From NCBI GenBank assembly GCA_963740985.1, contig CAVUGJ010000002.1, positions 4,591,105 to 4,655,104 of the forward strand: a stretch of 64,000 nt of DNA. The letters run 5' to 3'. Below, one piece after another: positions 18,824 through 26,691 of this stretch. Both the position numbers and the translations under genes were made by a program. Each line of letters opens with the position of its first letter. The stretch's first letter is position 1. A model generated the notes under the pieces. It was not told the origin of the DNA and did not search any database. It was given only the letters and a program-made list of their open reading frames with translations. The stretch comes from an uncultured Microthrixaceae bacterium. Its GTDB lineage: Bacteria; Actinomycetota; Acidimicrobiia; Acidimicrobiales; Acidimicrobilacustridaceae.

Positions 18824-20002
18824 TCAGCTCACCTGTTGGGAGATCTTGGACAGGGCCTCGGCGTAGGCGTTCACCGCGCCCGACAGCACCTTGCGCTGCG
18901 GGGCGGTGACCGTCGAGTAGTCGACGTAGCTGGTGTTCAGATAGCCCGGGGTGGCCTGATAGGGCGCGAGCGCGGCCAGTACCGCCTGGTCGCGCTGGGT
19001 GATGAGGGCCAGCGTGGCGGGGCTGTGAGCCTGGAGGTAGGGCGTGAACAGGGTGACGATCTCCTGGGCGCCGTCCACGTTGGCCCGGAAGGTGGGCAGG
19101 TCGACGTTGGAGTAGCGCTCCTCCTCACCGCTGATCTTGGAGTCGGCCGCCTCGTTGATCAGATCGGTGGCCCCCGCCGCCATCTCCAGGGGGCTGTACT
19201 GGCCGGAGGACACCAGCGCCTGGAGCTGGGTCTGGTGGGTCACCAGGTCGGCGCACAGCGGCGCCGCCCCGTCGAGGGTCTTGGTCTGGAACAACAGCTG
19301 CTCGATCCGGTGAAACCCCACGAACTGAGCCGGATCGGTCACCGGGTTCTCCCAGCGCCCGTCGATCTGCGTGTCGAGATCTCCCCAGATCTCGGCCACC
19401 GGCTCGATGTGCTCGTAGTACTGGCGGGCCGGCGCATAGGCCAGCTGGGCCTGGGTCAGGTCGCCCGAGGCGATGGCGTCGCAGAAGGCCCGGGTGTGGG
19501 TGATCAGGTCGCCCACGTTCTGGTTGACGTAGGTGTTGTAGCCGGCCACGGCGGTGACCAGCTGGGGATCGGACTGCCAGCTCGCCTTGGTCGAGGAGCC
19601 GGTGACCTCGAGGTCGGCCGTGGACTGCTTGGCCCCGGGGCAGCTGATCTTGTAGGAGCCGGTCTGGAGGGTCACGGTGAAGCCGCCGTCGAGCCCGGGA
19701 GTGAGGTTCTCCTGCTCACCCAGGATGTGCGACAGGTCGTGGGTGCGCAGCTCGGCCTCGGAGACCGCGTCTGCATCCTTGTTCGAGACCTGGAACTCGA
19801 TGGAGCCGGCCGGGACCGAAGCCGGGGTAGGGGCACATCCGGCCGAGGTGAGCACCACCTTGACGGTGGGCGAAGACGATCCACCTGAGCCCGACGTCGC
19901 ACCGGTGGCGGTCTTCGACGAGCTGCCGCAGGCGGCGGCCACCAGGACCAGGGTCAGGCCCAATGTGGCCGCGATCCACGTCGTGGGTCGGCGGGTGGTC
20001 AT
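18824..20002 (-). CDS. efeO: Iron uptake system component EfeO (lipoprotein; cupredoxin-like N-domain plus imelysin/M75-like domain)
   Basis: Lipobox LVAAAC. A cupredoxin-like region (VPAGSIEFQVSNKD) is followed by an imelysin-like region (...YYEHIEPVAEIWGDLD...HRIEQLLF). Start ATG 20002 overlaps the efeU stop. Confidence 0.85.
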   Translation of the reverse strand: MTTRRPTTWIAATLGLTLVLVAAACGSSSKTATGATSGSGGSSSPTVKVVLTSAGCAPTPASVPAGSIEFQVSNKDADAVSEAELRTHDLSHILGEQENLTPGLDGGFTVTLQTGSYKISCPGAKQSTADLEVTGSSTKASWQSDPQLVTAVAGYNTYVNQNVGDLITHTRAFCDAIASGDLTQAQLAYAPARQYYEHIEPVAEIWGDLDTQIDGRWENPVTDPAQFVGFHRIEQLLFQTKTLDGAAPLCADLVTHQTQLQALVSSGQYSPLEMAAGATDLINEAADSKISGEEERYSNVDLPTFRANVDGAQEIVTLFTPYLQAHSPATLALITQRDQAVLAALAPYQATPGYLNTSYVDYSTVTAPQRKVLSGAVNAYAEALSKISQQVS

Positions 20003-20886
20003 CGGGTTGCTCCTTGGGGGTTCGGGGTCGGCGTGGCGCCGGTCAGGGGGACGGGCTCGATGGTTTCGGTGATCGGGGCCGGGCGCCGGCGGGCGGGCCA
20101 GAGCACGACCGCCAGCATGGGGATCAGGTAGGCGATCCAGATCAGACCCTCGGCCTGCACCGGGTAGGGCTGGATGCCCAGCACGCCGGTGACCAGCGAC
20201 GACACGACGGTGCCGGGTCGGACCAGCCAGGACAGGTCGAACAGCTGGGCCTGGCCCACGTTGAGCCAACCGGCCTCGTTGGCGGTGTGGGCCGCGGTCA
20301 TCAGCAGGCCGGCGGCGATGACCACCAGGACGACGCCGGTGACCTTGAAGAACCGGGCCAGGTTGATGCGCAAGCCGCCCTTGTAGATGCCGTAGCCGAT
20401 GATGACGGCCAGGACGATGCCCAGCACGGCGCCCAAGCCGCTGGCCGCCGGATGACCGGAGGCCCGGAAGGCGGCCAGCAGGAACACCGCGGTCTCGAAG
20501 CCTTCTCGCAGCACGGCCAGGAAGGCCATGGTGACCAGGGCGGTGGCCGAGCCCCGGGCCAGGGCCGAGGCGGTGGCGGCTTCCAGGTCACCCTTGAGGT
20601 CGCGGGCGTGGATCCGCATCCAGATGATCATGTAGGTGACCATGCCCACGGCGATCAGTCCGACCGCGGTCTCCAGCTGCTCCTGCTGTCGCTGGGGCAG
20701 ATCGGAGGAGATCACCTCGAGGGCAACCCCCACGGCCACGCAGATGGCCACGGCGGCGGCGGTGCCGATCCACACCTGACGCAGCGCGTCGCGCCGGCCC
20801 TGCTGGGCCAGGAAGGCGGCCACGATGCCCACGATGAGTGCGGCCTCGAGGCCCTCGCGCAGGCCGATGACGAAGGTCGGCAGCAT
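19999..20886 (-). CDS. efeU: FTR1/EfeU family iron permease
   Basis: Two REGxE motifs (GLREGLEAAL and VLREGFETAV) in a 7-TM protein. Confidence 0.9.
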   Translation of the reverse strand: MLPTFVIGLREGLEAALIVGIVAAFLAQQGRRDALRQVWIGTAAAVAICVAVGVALEVISSDLPQRQQEQLETAVGLIAVGMVTYMIIWMRIHARDLKGDLEAATASALARGSATALVTMAFLAVLREGFETAVFLLAAFRASGHPAASGLGAVLGIVLAVIIGYGIYKGGLRINLARFFKVTGVVLVVIAAGLLMTAAHTANEAGWLNVGQAQLFDLSWLVRPGTVVSSLVTGVLGIQPYPVQAEGLIWIAYLIPMLAVVLWPARRRPAPITETIEPVPLTGATPTPNPQGATR

Positions 20887-20933
20887 GACTCAGGGCGCCG
20901 GTGTGGCCGGGTGGACGCTCACGGGGTTGAAGT

Positions 20934-20952
20934 GTAGGTAGGCCTAACAAAG
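20934..20952. promoter_or_regulatory. Possible IdeR/DtxR-type iron box upstream of efeU
   Basis: GTAGGTAGGCCTAACAAAG matches about 12/19 positions of the TTAGGTTAGGCTAACCTAA consensus. It lies in an AT-richer patch 48-66 bp upstream of the efeU start. Confidence 0.35.
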
Positions 20953-21064
20953 CAATGCAAGCTGACCTGCCTCAGATCGTGAGGGTCTCCGGAGTGGCGG
21001 CGGCCGATCCCGTGAAGGCGCTTCGGTGGCGACGCGGCTCACCCGGACCGAGTGGCCGGACGCG

Positions 21065-21106
21065 CCACGATCCCGCTCAACCTTGCCTGCGGGAGCGGGA
21101 TCGTGG
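21065..21106 (-). terminator. Strong hairpin (14-bp perfect stem, 14-nt loop), candidate intrinsic terminator for the 23767->21227 transcription unit
   Basis: CCACGATCCCGCTC (21065-21078) pairs perfectly with GAGCGGGATCGTGG (21093-21106). There is no U-tract, which is common in high-GC actinobacteria. Confidence 0.4.
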
Positions 21107-21226
21107 ATGAGACCCACCGGGCGAACGGAACGGGCCTGATCAGTGCATCGACACGATTGACGGCCAACTCAAGCCCGAGGTCGGACAAACTCCGGTGGGC
21201 CGGGTTGCCGACGGACCGGCGAATGC

Positions 21227-21408
21227 TCAGTGCTTGAGCGGGAGGCCCACGAACGAGTCCAACGTGCCCGGACCGAACCCGTGACGACGGCCGTGTCCGG
21301 TGATCGAGAAGGGGTTGAACGCTCCTGCTGGCCGAGGGTGGCCACCCAGGCGTCGAGCTTTTCGCGGAACGACGCCACGTCCGCTTCGGTGATGACGAGT
21401 TCGGTCAC
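21227..21408 (-). CDS. Small hypothetical protein (about 60 aa) with an internal frameshift near 21318-21324
   Basis: GGAGG lies 7 nt upstream of GTG 21408. VTELVITEADVASFREKLDAWVATLGQQE is in one frame. The high-GC3 continuation (A)FNPFSITGHGRRHGFGPGTLDSFVGLPLKH* is in another (stop 21227-21229). Track ORF 21169..21456 mixes the frames. Confidence 0.45.
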
Positions 21409-21466
21409 GGCTGGGCCTCCACGACGATCGGGTGGTGCCCGATCGACGCTCGTCACCCGGGTGGGG

Positions 21467-23767
21467 TTACACCGGAGCGTCCACCAGCGTGGCGTTCACC
21501 GTGGTCGGGGTGCCGGCCGTGAGGGTGAAGGTGGTGGCGTGGCTCTGCTTGGTGGCGCCCAGGGCCCACTGCAGGGCGAGGTGGTTCGTCGGGTCGCTGA
21601 ACCGGAACTGGTAGCTGCCCGGCGCCACCACGAACAGGTAGGTTCCGTCGCTGGCCGTGGTGGTCTTGGCTTCGAGAGTGTCGGTGCCCGAGACATAGAT
21701 GCGGACGTCGATGCCGGCCACGGGCCCGGTCGCGCCGCTCACGGTGCCGAGGGCGAAGGAAGCCCGCACCGTGGACACGTCGACCTCGGTGCTGGCCCCT
21801 GCGTCGACGGTGACCGCCGGGGCGGACGTCCTCGACGTTCCGCCCCCGTTCCACACGGTGACGGTCCGTTCCGAGGGGTCGGTGAACAGCAGTTGGTAGG
21901 TGCCCGGCGGCAGTCCGCCGATGTCATAGCTGCCTTCGACTTCCGGCTCCTTGGCCACCAGTGGGCCACCGAACCGGTAGACGCGCACCACCGTCTCGAC
22001 TGCCTCGGGGATCCCGTCGGGGGCCGGGTCGGACACCGTCCCGCGGATGTGGCCGGCGAGGACGAGCGCCGCGTCGACCGTGGTGGCCACGCCGCTGCCC
22101 ACCACCACCGGCGCGGCGGCCGCCTGGGAGGCCGCGCCCCCGTTCCAGGCCAGCACCACCCGCCCGGCGGCGTCGCTGAAGCGGACGTTGTAGCTGCCGA
22201 TGGCCAGGCCGGGCAGGCCGTAGTGCCCGCCCGAGTCGGTCTGGGCCTTGGCGGCCAAGGTGCTGGTGCCGGCGTCATAGACCCGTACGTCGATCCCGCC
22301 GACGGGGGTTCCATCGGCGGTGACGGTGCCGGTGATGCCGGGTGGGCAGGTCCAGGTGGCGCCGTTGCTCAGGGTCGAGAGGCCGACGGGGTTCGTAGCT
22401 GCCACTCGGTAGGTGGCTGGGGCGATCGCCGAGTTGTCGGTGAACGCGGTACCGGTCACTTTGGCGATCATGGCGCCGTTGCGGAACACCACATACGCGT
22501 CAGCCGGTGCCTGGGGCTTGGGCGGGGCCGCCGTCCAGCGCAGAGTCGGCGCGCTTCCGCAGGCGGTGGGAATGTGCAGGTTGGTGGGAGGGTTGGGTGG
22601 GGCCAGATCCACGTAGGTGCGATAGGGGCCGGTGACGATGTTGGAGGCGTCCAGCGGGTCCGGGACCTGGCCGACCCCGACGATCTGGCCCGAGTCGTTG
22701 ATGCCGGTCGCCGTGTTGGCCCCGGTGATGATCCCGAACGTCCCCGACGTGGGGTCCCACACCCAGGCCCCGGCGTCGCTGTTGCCCACCACCAGGCCGT
22801 CGTCGTTGACCGCCGTGGCCCCGGCACTGGTGGCCCCGGGAGGCAAGCCCAGATCGGTCATGGTGTGGCTGGCCATGTCGTAGGTGAAGGGATGGGTGGC
22901 TCCGCCGGTGACCGTGCTGTTGCCCACCACCAGGTCGTGAGCGTTGATGGCGGTGGCAGACGAGGTGGTTCCCCCCGGCAGGGTGCCGAGGTCGAGCATG
23001 AAGGAGGTGGAGAAGGGCAACAGGGCGGCGAAGGCATGTGTGGTCAAGCCGGCTCCGCCGTCGGTGGTCTCGCTGCTGCCGACCACGAACCCGGTGTCGT
23101 TCACGCCCAGGGCATCGGAGTTGGTCCCACCGGGCAGCGTGCCCAGGTCGGTCATGGTCAGGGTGGCCAACGTGTCCGAGAAGGCGTGATGGATCCGACC
23201 GCCGCTGCCGTCATCGCGGTCGCTCACCCCGATCGCGGTACCAGTGTTGTTGATGCCATTGGCCGACGAGTTGTCACAGTTCAGGTCGAAGGGTTCGATC
23301 ACGACGCAGGTCCGGTTGCCGATTGTTCCCAGGCTGGCGGGCTCGCCTCCCGTCGCCCACACGGCGGCCAAGGTCGGTCCGGAACCGCCACCGAATTGCG
23401 CCCCGATGGAGGCGGCACCCACGGCCACACCGGCGTTGTTGACCGCGTACGCCGATGCCAACGGGGCCTCCGTCATCCCGAACGGACCGTCCAGCGAGTT
23501 GAGTTCGCTCACATTGGTGTTCGAAGGATCAGTGAGGTAGCCGAACTGCGCCTCGCTGGTCAGTGCCGTCCCGACGACGACCCCGGTGGCGTTCACCGCA
23601 GACGCCGTCGACAGGCCGTTGACGTCGGGCCAGTTCAGATCATGGACCAGCACCAGCGGCTGGGTGGCCGGGCTCCCGCCGCTGGCCTGGGCCGGGCCGG
23701 CGCTGAGGACCCCGACCAGCGGCAGCACCACCACGACTGAGGCGAGCAGGGACAAGACCTTGCGCAT
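21467..23767 (-). CDS. Secreted multi-repeat protein: HAF-type extracellular repeats, FN3-like segment, and repeated carboxypeptidase-regulatory-like beta-sandwich domains
   Basis: Signal peptide MRKVLSLLASVVVVLPLVGVLSAGPAQA. Repeats of the form ...HAF...M(T/L)DLGTLPGG(T)...A.(G/A)(V/I)N..G.VVG. The C-terminal half has four repeats like G.V...G.PV.GIDVR(V/I)Y...GSY.(V/L)RF. Confidence 0.7.
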   Translation of the reverse strand: MRKVLSLLASVVVVLPLVGVLSAGPAQASGGSPATQPLVLVHDLNWPDVNGLSTASAVNATGVVVGTALTSEAQFGYLTDPSNTNVSELNSLDGPFGMTEAPLASAYAVNNAGVAVGAASIGAQFGGGSGPTLAAVWATGGEPASLGTIGNRTCVVIEPFDLNCDNSSANGINNTGTAIGVSDRDDGSGGRIHHAFSDTLATLTMTDLGTLPGGTNSDALGVNDTGFVVGSSETTDGGAGLTTHAFAALLPFSTSFMLDLGTLPGGTTSSATAINAHDLVVGNSTVTGGATHPFTYDMASHTMTDLGLPPGATSAGATAVNDDGLVVGNSDAGAWVWDPTSGTFGIITGANTATGINDSGQIVGVGQVPDPLDASNIVTGPYRTYVDLAPPNPPTNLHIPTACGSAPTLRWTAAPPKPQAPADAYVVFRNGAMIAKVTGTAFTDNSAIAPATYRVAATNPVGLSTLSNGATWTCPPGITGTVTADGTPVGGIDVRVYDAGTSTLAAKAQTDSGGHYGLPGLAIGSYNVRFSDAAGRVVLAWNGGAASQAAAAPVVVGSGVATTVDAALVLAGHIRGTVSDPAPDGIPEAVETVVRVYRFGGPLVAKEPEVEGSYDIGGLPPGTYQLLFTDPSERTVTVWNGGGTSRTSAPAVTVDAGASTEVDVSTVRASFALGTVSGATGPVAGIDVRIYVSGTDTLEAKTTTASDGTYLFVVAPGSYQFRFSDPTNHLALQWALGATKQSHATTFTLTAGTPTTVNATLVDAPV

Positions 23768-23915
23768 GGCACAACCCCCAGATCAGGTGCGTCCCCACCG
23801 CCAGCCTGTCGACCACACCCCAGCGCAGCTGGTCGGTCGACGATGTCGCACTCGGTCCGACCGTAGCGCCGGAGCCACAATCTGTCGATGGTCTGAACGA
23901 GGGTCGGACCCGTCG

Positions 23916-24668
23916 CTACGGCTCGAGGCGATTGGAGTAGCTGGGGAACCGCCAGACGAACGGCTCCATGTCGGCCCGCACGGCCACGCAGCGCCCGGTG
24001 CCGTCGGTGGTGGCCAGTTCCAGCGCGGTGCGGGCGATGGTGGCGGGATCGATGAGGGCGAAGCCGAGCGCGGCCGGGTCGCCACCGCCCATGGCCTCGA
24101 CGGTCATGGGGGTGTCGACCACGCTCGGGCAGACCGCGTCGAGGCTGATGCGGTCGCCAACCAGGTTCGGGGCCGTGGCCTGGACGAAGCCCACCACCGC
24201 GTGCTTGGTCAAGGTGTAGATCGGGTTGGGGGCGAAGGCCACCAGCCCGGCGATCGAGGCCGTGGCCACGATCGCGCCACCGCCTCGCGCCCGCATAGCC
24301 GGAACCACGGCCCGGGTGCCCAGCACCACGCCGTCGATGTTGGCGCCCAGGGTCTGGCGGTAGAGATCGATCGGGAGCTCGTCGATCGGCCCGGTCCAGC
24401 CGTAGCGCCCCGCGTTCAGGTAGGCCACGTCGAGCCCACCCCCCAGCTCGTGGGCCGCGGCCACGGCCCGATCCCACAGCTCGGGGTCATCGACGCTGCC
24501 CACCACGGCTCGACAACCCAGCGTGGCCGCGACCTCGGCGGCCAGCGCCTCGTCGGCGTCGACCGCGACCACCATCGCCCCCTCGGTCATGAAGAGCTCC
24601 GTAGCCACCCGTCCGATGCCGGATCCGGCGCCGGTCACGATGGCGGTCTTGTCGGTGAGCGGGCCCAT
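23916..24668 (-). CDS. SDR family oxidoreductase
   Basis: KTAIVTGAGSGIGR (TGxxxGxG) and YTLTKHAV (YxxxK); 250 aa. Confidence 0.9.
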   Translation of the reverse strand: MGPLTDKTAIVTGAGSGIGRVATELFMTEGAMVVAVDADEALAAEVAATLGCRAVVGSVDDPELWDRAVAAAHELGGGLDVAYLNAGRYGWTGPIDELPIDLYRQTLGANIDGVVLGTRAVVPAMRARGGGAIVATASIAGLVAFAPNPIYTLTKHAVVGFVQATAPNLVGDRISLDAVCPSVVDTPMTVEAMGGGDPAALGFALIDPATIARTALELATTDGTGRCVAVRADMEPFVWRFPSYSNRLEP

Positions 24669-24711
24669 GGGCGGACCGTAGCCCCTCGGGTCGGCGGGCT
24701 ACCGTGCCGCC

Positions 24712-25143
24712 ATGAGCGACGCCACCGAACCGGCCATCACGGGCATCCACCACTTCTCACCCACCGTGAGCGATGTAGAGGCCAGCGCGGCCTGGTACGA
24801 GCGGGTCTTCTCGATGATTCGGGTGCCGGTCACCTTCGCCCACTACGAGCGCGAGGACACCGGCTACGCGGTGATGATGATCGACCCCGTCTCGGGGCTG
24901 GGGATCGGCCTGCACCACAACACAGCGAACCAGGGCGAGGCCTTCGACGAGACCCGGACCGGACTGGACCACATCGGCTTCAAGGTGCCGTCGCGGGAGA
25001 GCCTCGACGCCTGGGTGGCCAAGCTCGACGGCCTCGGCGTCGAGCACTCCGGCATCCGCAACATCGCCGACCCGGTGCCCTTCTCGACTCTGGTCTTCCG
25101 CGATCCCGACAACATCCAGCTCGAGTTCATCTACTCGCCCTGA
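24712..25143 (+). CDS. VOC (glyoxalase/bleomycin-resistance/dioxygenase) family protein
   Basis: ITGIHHFSPTVSDVEASAAWYERVF...LDHIGFKV...FRDPDNIQLEF is a VOC fold pattern. Confidence 0.8.
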   Translation: MSDATEPAITGIHHFSPTVSDVEASAAWYERVFSMIRVPVTFAHYEREDTGYAVMMIDPVSGLGIGLHHNTANQGEAFDETRTGLDHIGFKVPSRESLDAWVAKLDGLGVEHSGIRNIADPVPFSTLVFRDPDNIQLEFIYSP

Positions 25144-25175
25144 CCCGACCAGCCCTTTCGGGCCGGCCGGGAGAG

Positions 25176-25555
25176 TGGAGCTGGAGGGAATCGAACCCTC
25201 GTCCGTCAAGTGGTCACCACCCGTGCTACGACCATTCCCGGATCACGGCCTTGCGGCTGCCGTACCGCCGGGTCAGTGGAGCTTGCGCTCACCGCCTGGT
25301 CTTTCCCAGATGTCAGCGGTCTTTCACGCCGTCAGCGGTCTCTCCCTGCGGTCCTCCACTGCTTCTGTTGCCGGGCGGCAGTGGACAGGCCCCGCGTGCC
25401 ATTGCTGGTCGCAGTGACTCTCTACCGTCTGACTAGGTCAGGCTGCGAGAGCGAACTCGCCATCGGCGGTTCTTTGGGTGCCCCGTTTCAGGAGTCTGAG
25501 CAACTCCGGTCGCACGATGCGGCTCCCGGTCCCAACGTCGAAACCGATCAGCCCC
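25176..25555 (-). ncRNA. ssrA: tmRNA (SsrA)
   Basis: The minus strand starts GGGGCTGATCGGTTTCGACGTTGGG and ends GAGGGTTCGATTCCCTCCAGCTCCA (tRNA-Ala-like acceptor/T-arm; CCA not encoded). The tag ORF GCC GAT GGC GAG TTC GCT CTC GCA GCC TGA encodes ADGEFALAA*. smpB is adjacent. Confidence 0.9.
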
Positions 25556-25669
25556 TGGAATGGATTCAGTTGTGTTCCCCGAAGGGGAGACCCAGCCTAC
25601 TGGCACGGTGCGACACCCGGCTCCCATTTCGACCTGGCGGCATGCCGTCGCCATCCGGGCGCGGAGGGC

Positions 25670-26182
25670 TCACCCGTCGGATGCGGCCGCCGCGCTCTGT
25701 CGGCGGCGGGCATCGGACATGGCCTTGGCCGCGTCGCGATCGGCGTCGCGCTTGGCGATGACCTGGCGCTTGTCGTACTCCCGTCGACCGCGGCCGACGC
25801 CCAGCTCGACCTTGGCTCGCCCCTCCTTGAAGTACAGCGAGAGGGGAACCAGGGTGAGGCGCTCCTGGTCGAGGCGGGCCCGGATGCGGTCGATCTCATT
25901 GCGGTGCAGGAGCAGCTTGCGCTGGCGGTCGAGTTGGTGGCCGTCCGCCTGGCCCGAGTGGCTGTAGGCCGCGATCTGCAGCCCCATCAGCCAGATCTCA
26001 CCGCTGTCGATGCGGGCGAAGCTCTCGGCCAACTGCACGTTGCCCTCCCGCAGCGACTTGACCTCGCTGCCCTGCAGGGCGATGCCGGCCTCGTAGGTGT
26101 CGAGGATCTCGTAGTCGCGCCGAGCCTGGCGGTTGGTGGCCACCGCCCGCGGTCCGTTCGGCTTGTTCGACTTGGAGGCCAT
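25670..26182 (-). CDS. smpB: SsrA-binding protein SmpB
   Basis: MASKSNKPNGPRAVATNRQARRDYEILDTYEAGIALQGSEVKSLREG...KLLLHRNEI...LVPLSLYFKEGRAKVELGVGRGRREYDKR is the canonical SmpB sequence. Confidence 0.95.
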   Translation of the reverse strand: MASKSNKPNGPRAVATNRQARRDYEILDTYEAGIALQGSEVKSLREGNVQLAESFARIDSGEIWLMGLQIAAYSHSGQADGHQLDRQRKLLLHRNEIDRIRARLDQERLTLVPLSLYFKEGRAKVELGVGRGRREYDKRQVIAKRDADRDAAKAMSDARRRQSAAAASDG

Positions 26183-26247
26183 AGGGCCTTCGAGGCTACC
26201 GGGGCGCACGCCTCGGGGTGGCCGACGGCCCGGTAGCCTCGACGCCG

Positions 26248-26670
26248 ATGTTGCGCCTGAGCCGCCGGAACTACCTGGAGATCATCGGCCACGCCTATGA
26301 GGGGCTCCCGGACGAGGCCTGCGGCCTGCTCGGTGGACGGGCCGGTGTGGGCGCCGTCCCCGACGGCCGGGTGGACGTGTTCTACCCCTGCGCCAACACG
26401 GCCGAATCGAGCCGGGTCTACACCGTCGACGGACGCGATCACCTGCGAGCCGACCGTGACGCGGAGGATCGTGGCCTGGAGATCCTGGGCGTCGTCCACA
26501 GCCACACCCACACCGAGGCGTACCCCTCGCCCACCGACGTGGCCCAGGCCCCGGATCCGAGTTGGCACTACGTCATCGTGTCGCTCAAGCGCGAGGCGCC
26601 CGTCCTGCGCAGCTACCGCATCGTGGACGGGGCCATCGCCGAGGAGCCCGTCGCCCTGGAGGATCGCTGA
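26248..26670 (+). CDS. Mov34/MPN/JAMM family metalloprotease (Mec-like)
   Basis: EACGLLGG...GVVHSHTHTEAYPSPTD carries the JAMM motif H-x-H-x7-S-x2-D; about 140 aa. Confidence 0.85.
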   Translation: MLRLSRRNYLEIIGHAYEGLPDEACGLLGGRAGVGAVPDGRVDVFYPCANTAESSRVYTVDGRDHLRADRDAEDRGLEILGVVHSHTHTEAYPSPTDVAQAPDPSWHYVIVSLKREAPVLRSYRIVDGAIAEEPVALEDR

Positions 26671-26691
26671 CCTGAGCCCCTCGAGCCGGGA

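Noticed and set aside
25210-25761. Track ORFs overlapping 25175-25760 on both strands
   Set aside because: The region is occupied by the tmRNA gene, with clear 5' GGGGCTGATCGGTTTCGAC and 3' T-arm/acceptor, and by its promoter. The ORF translations are low-complexity.
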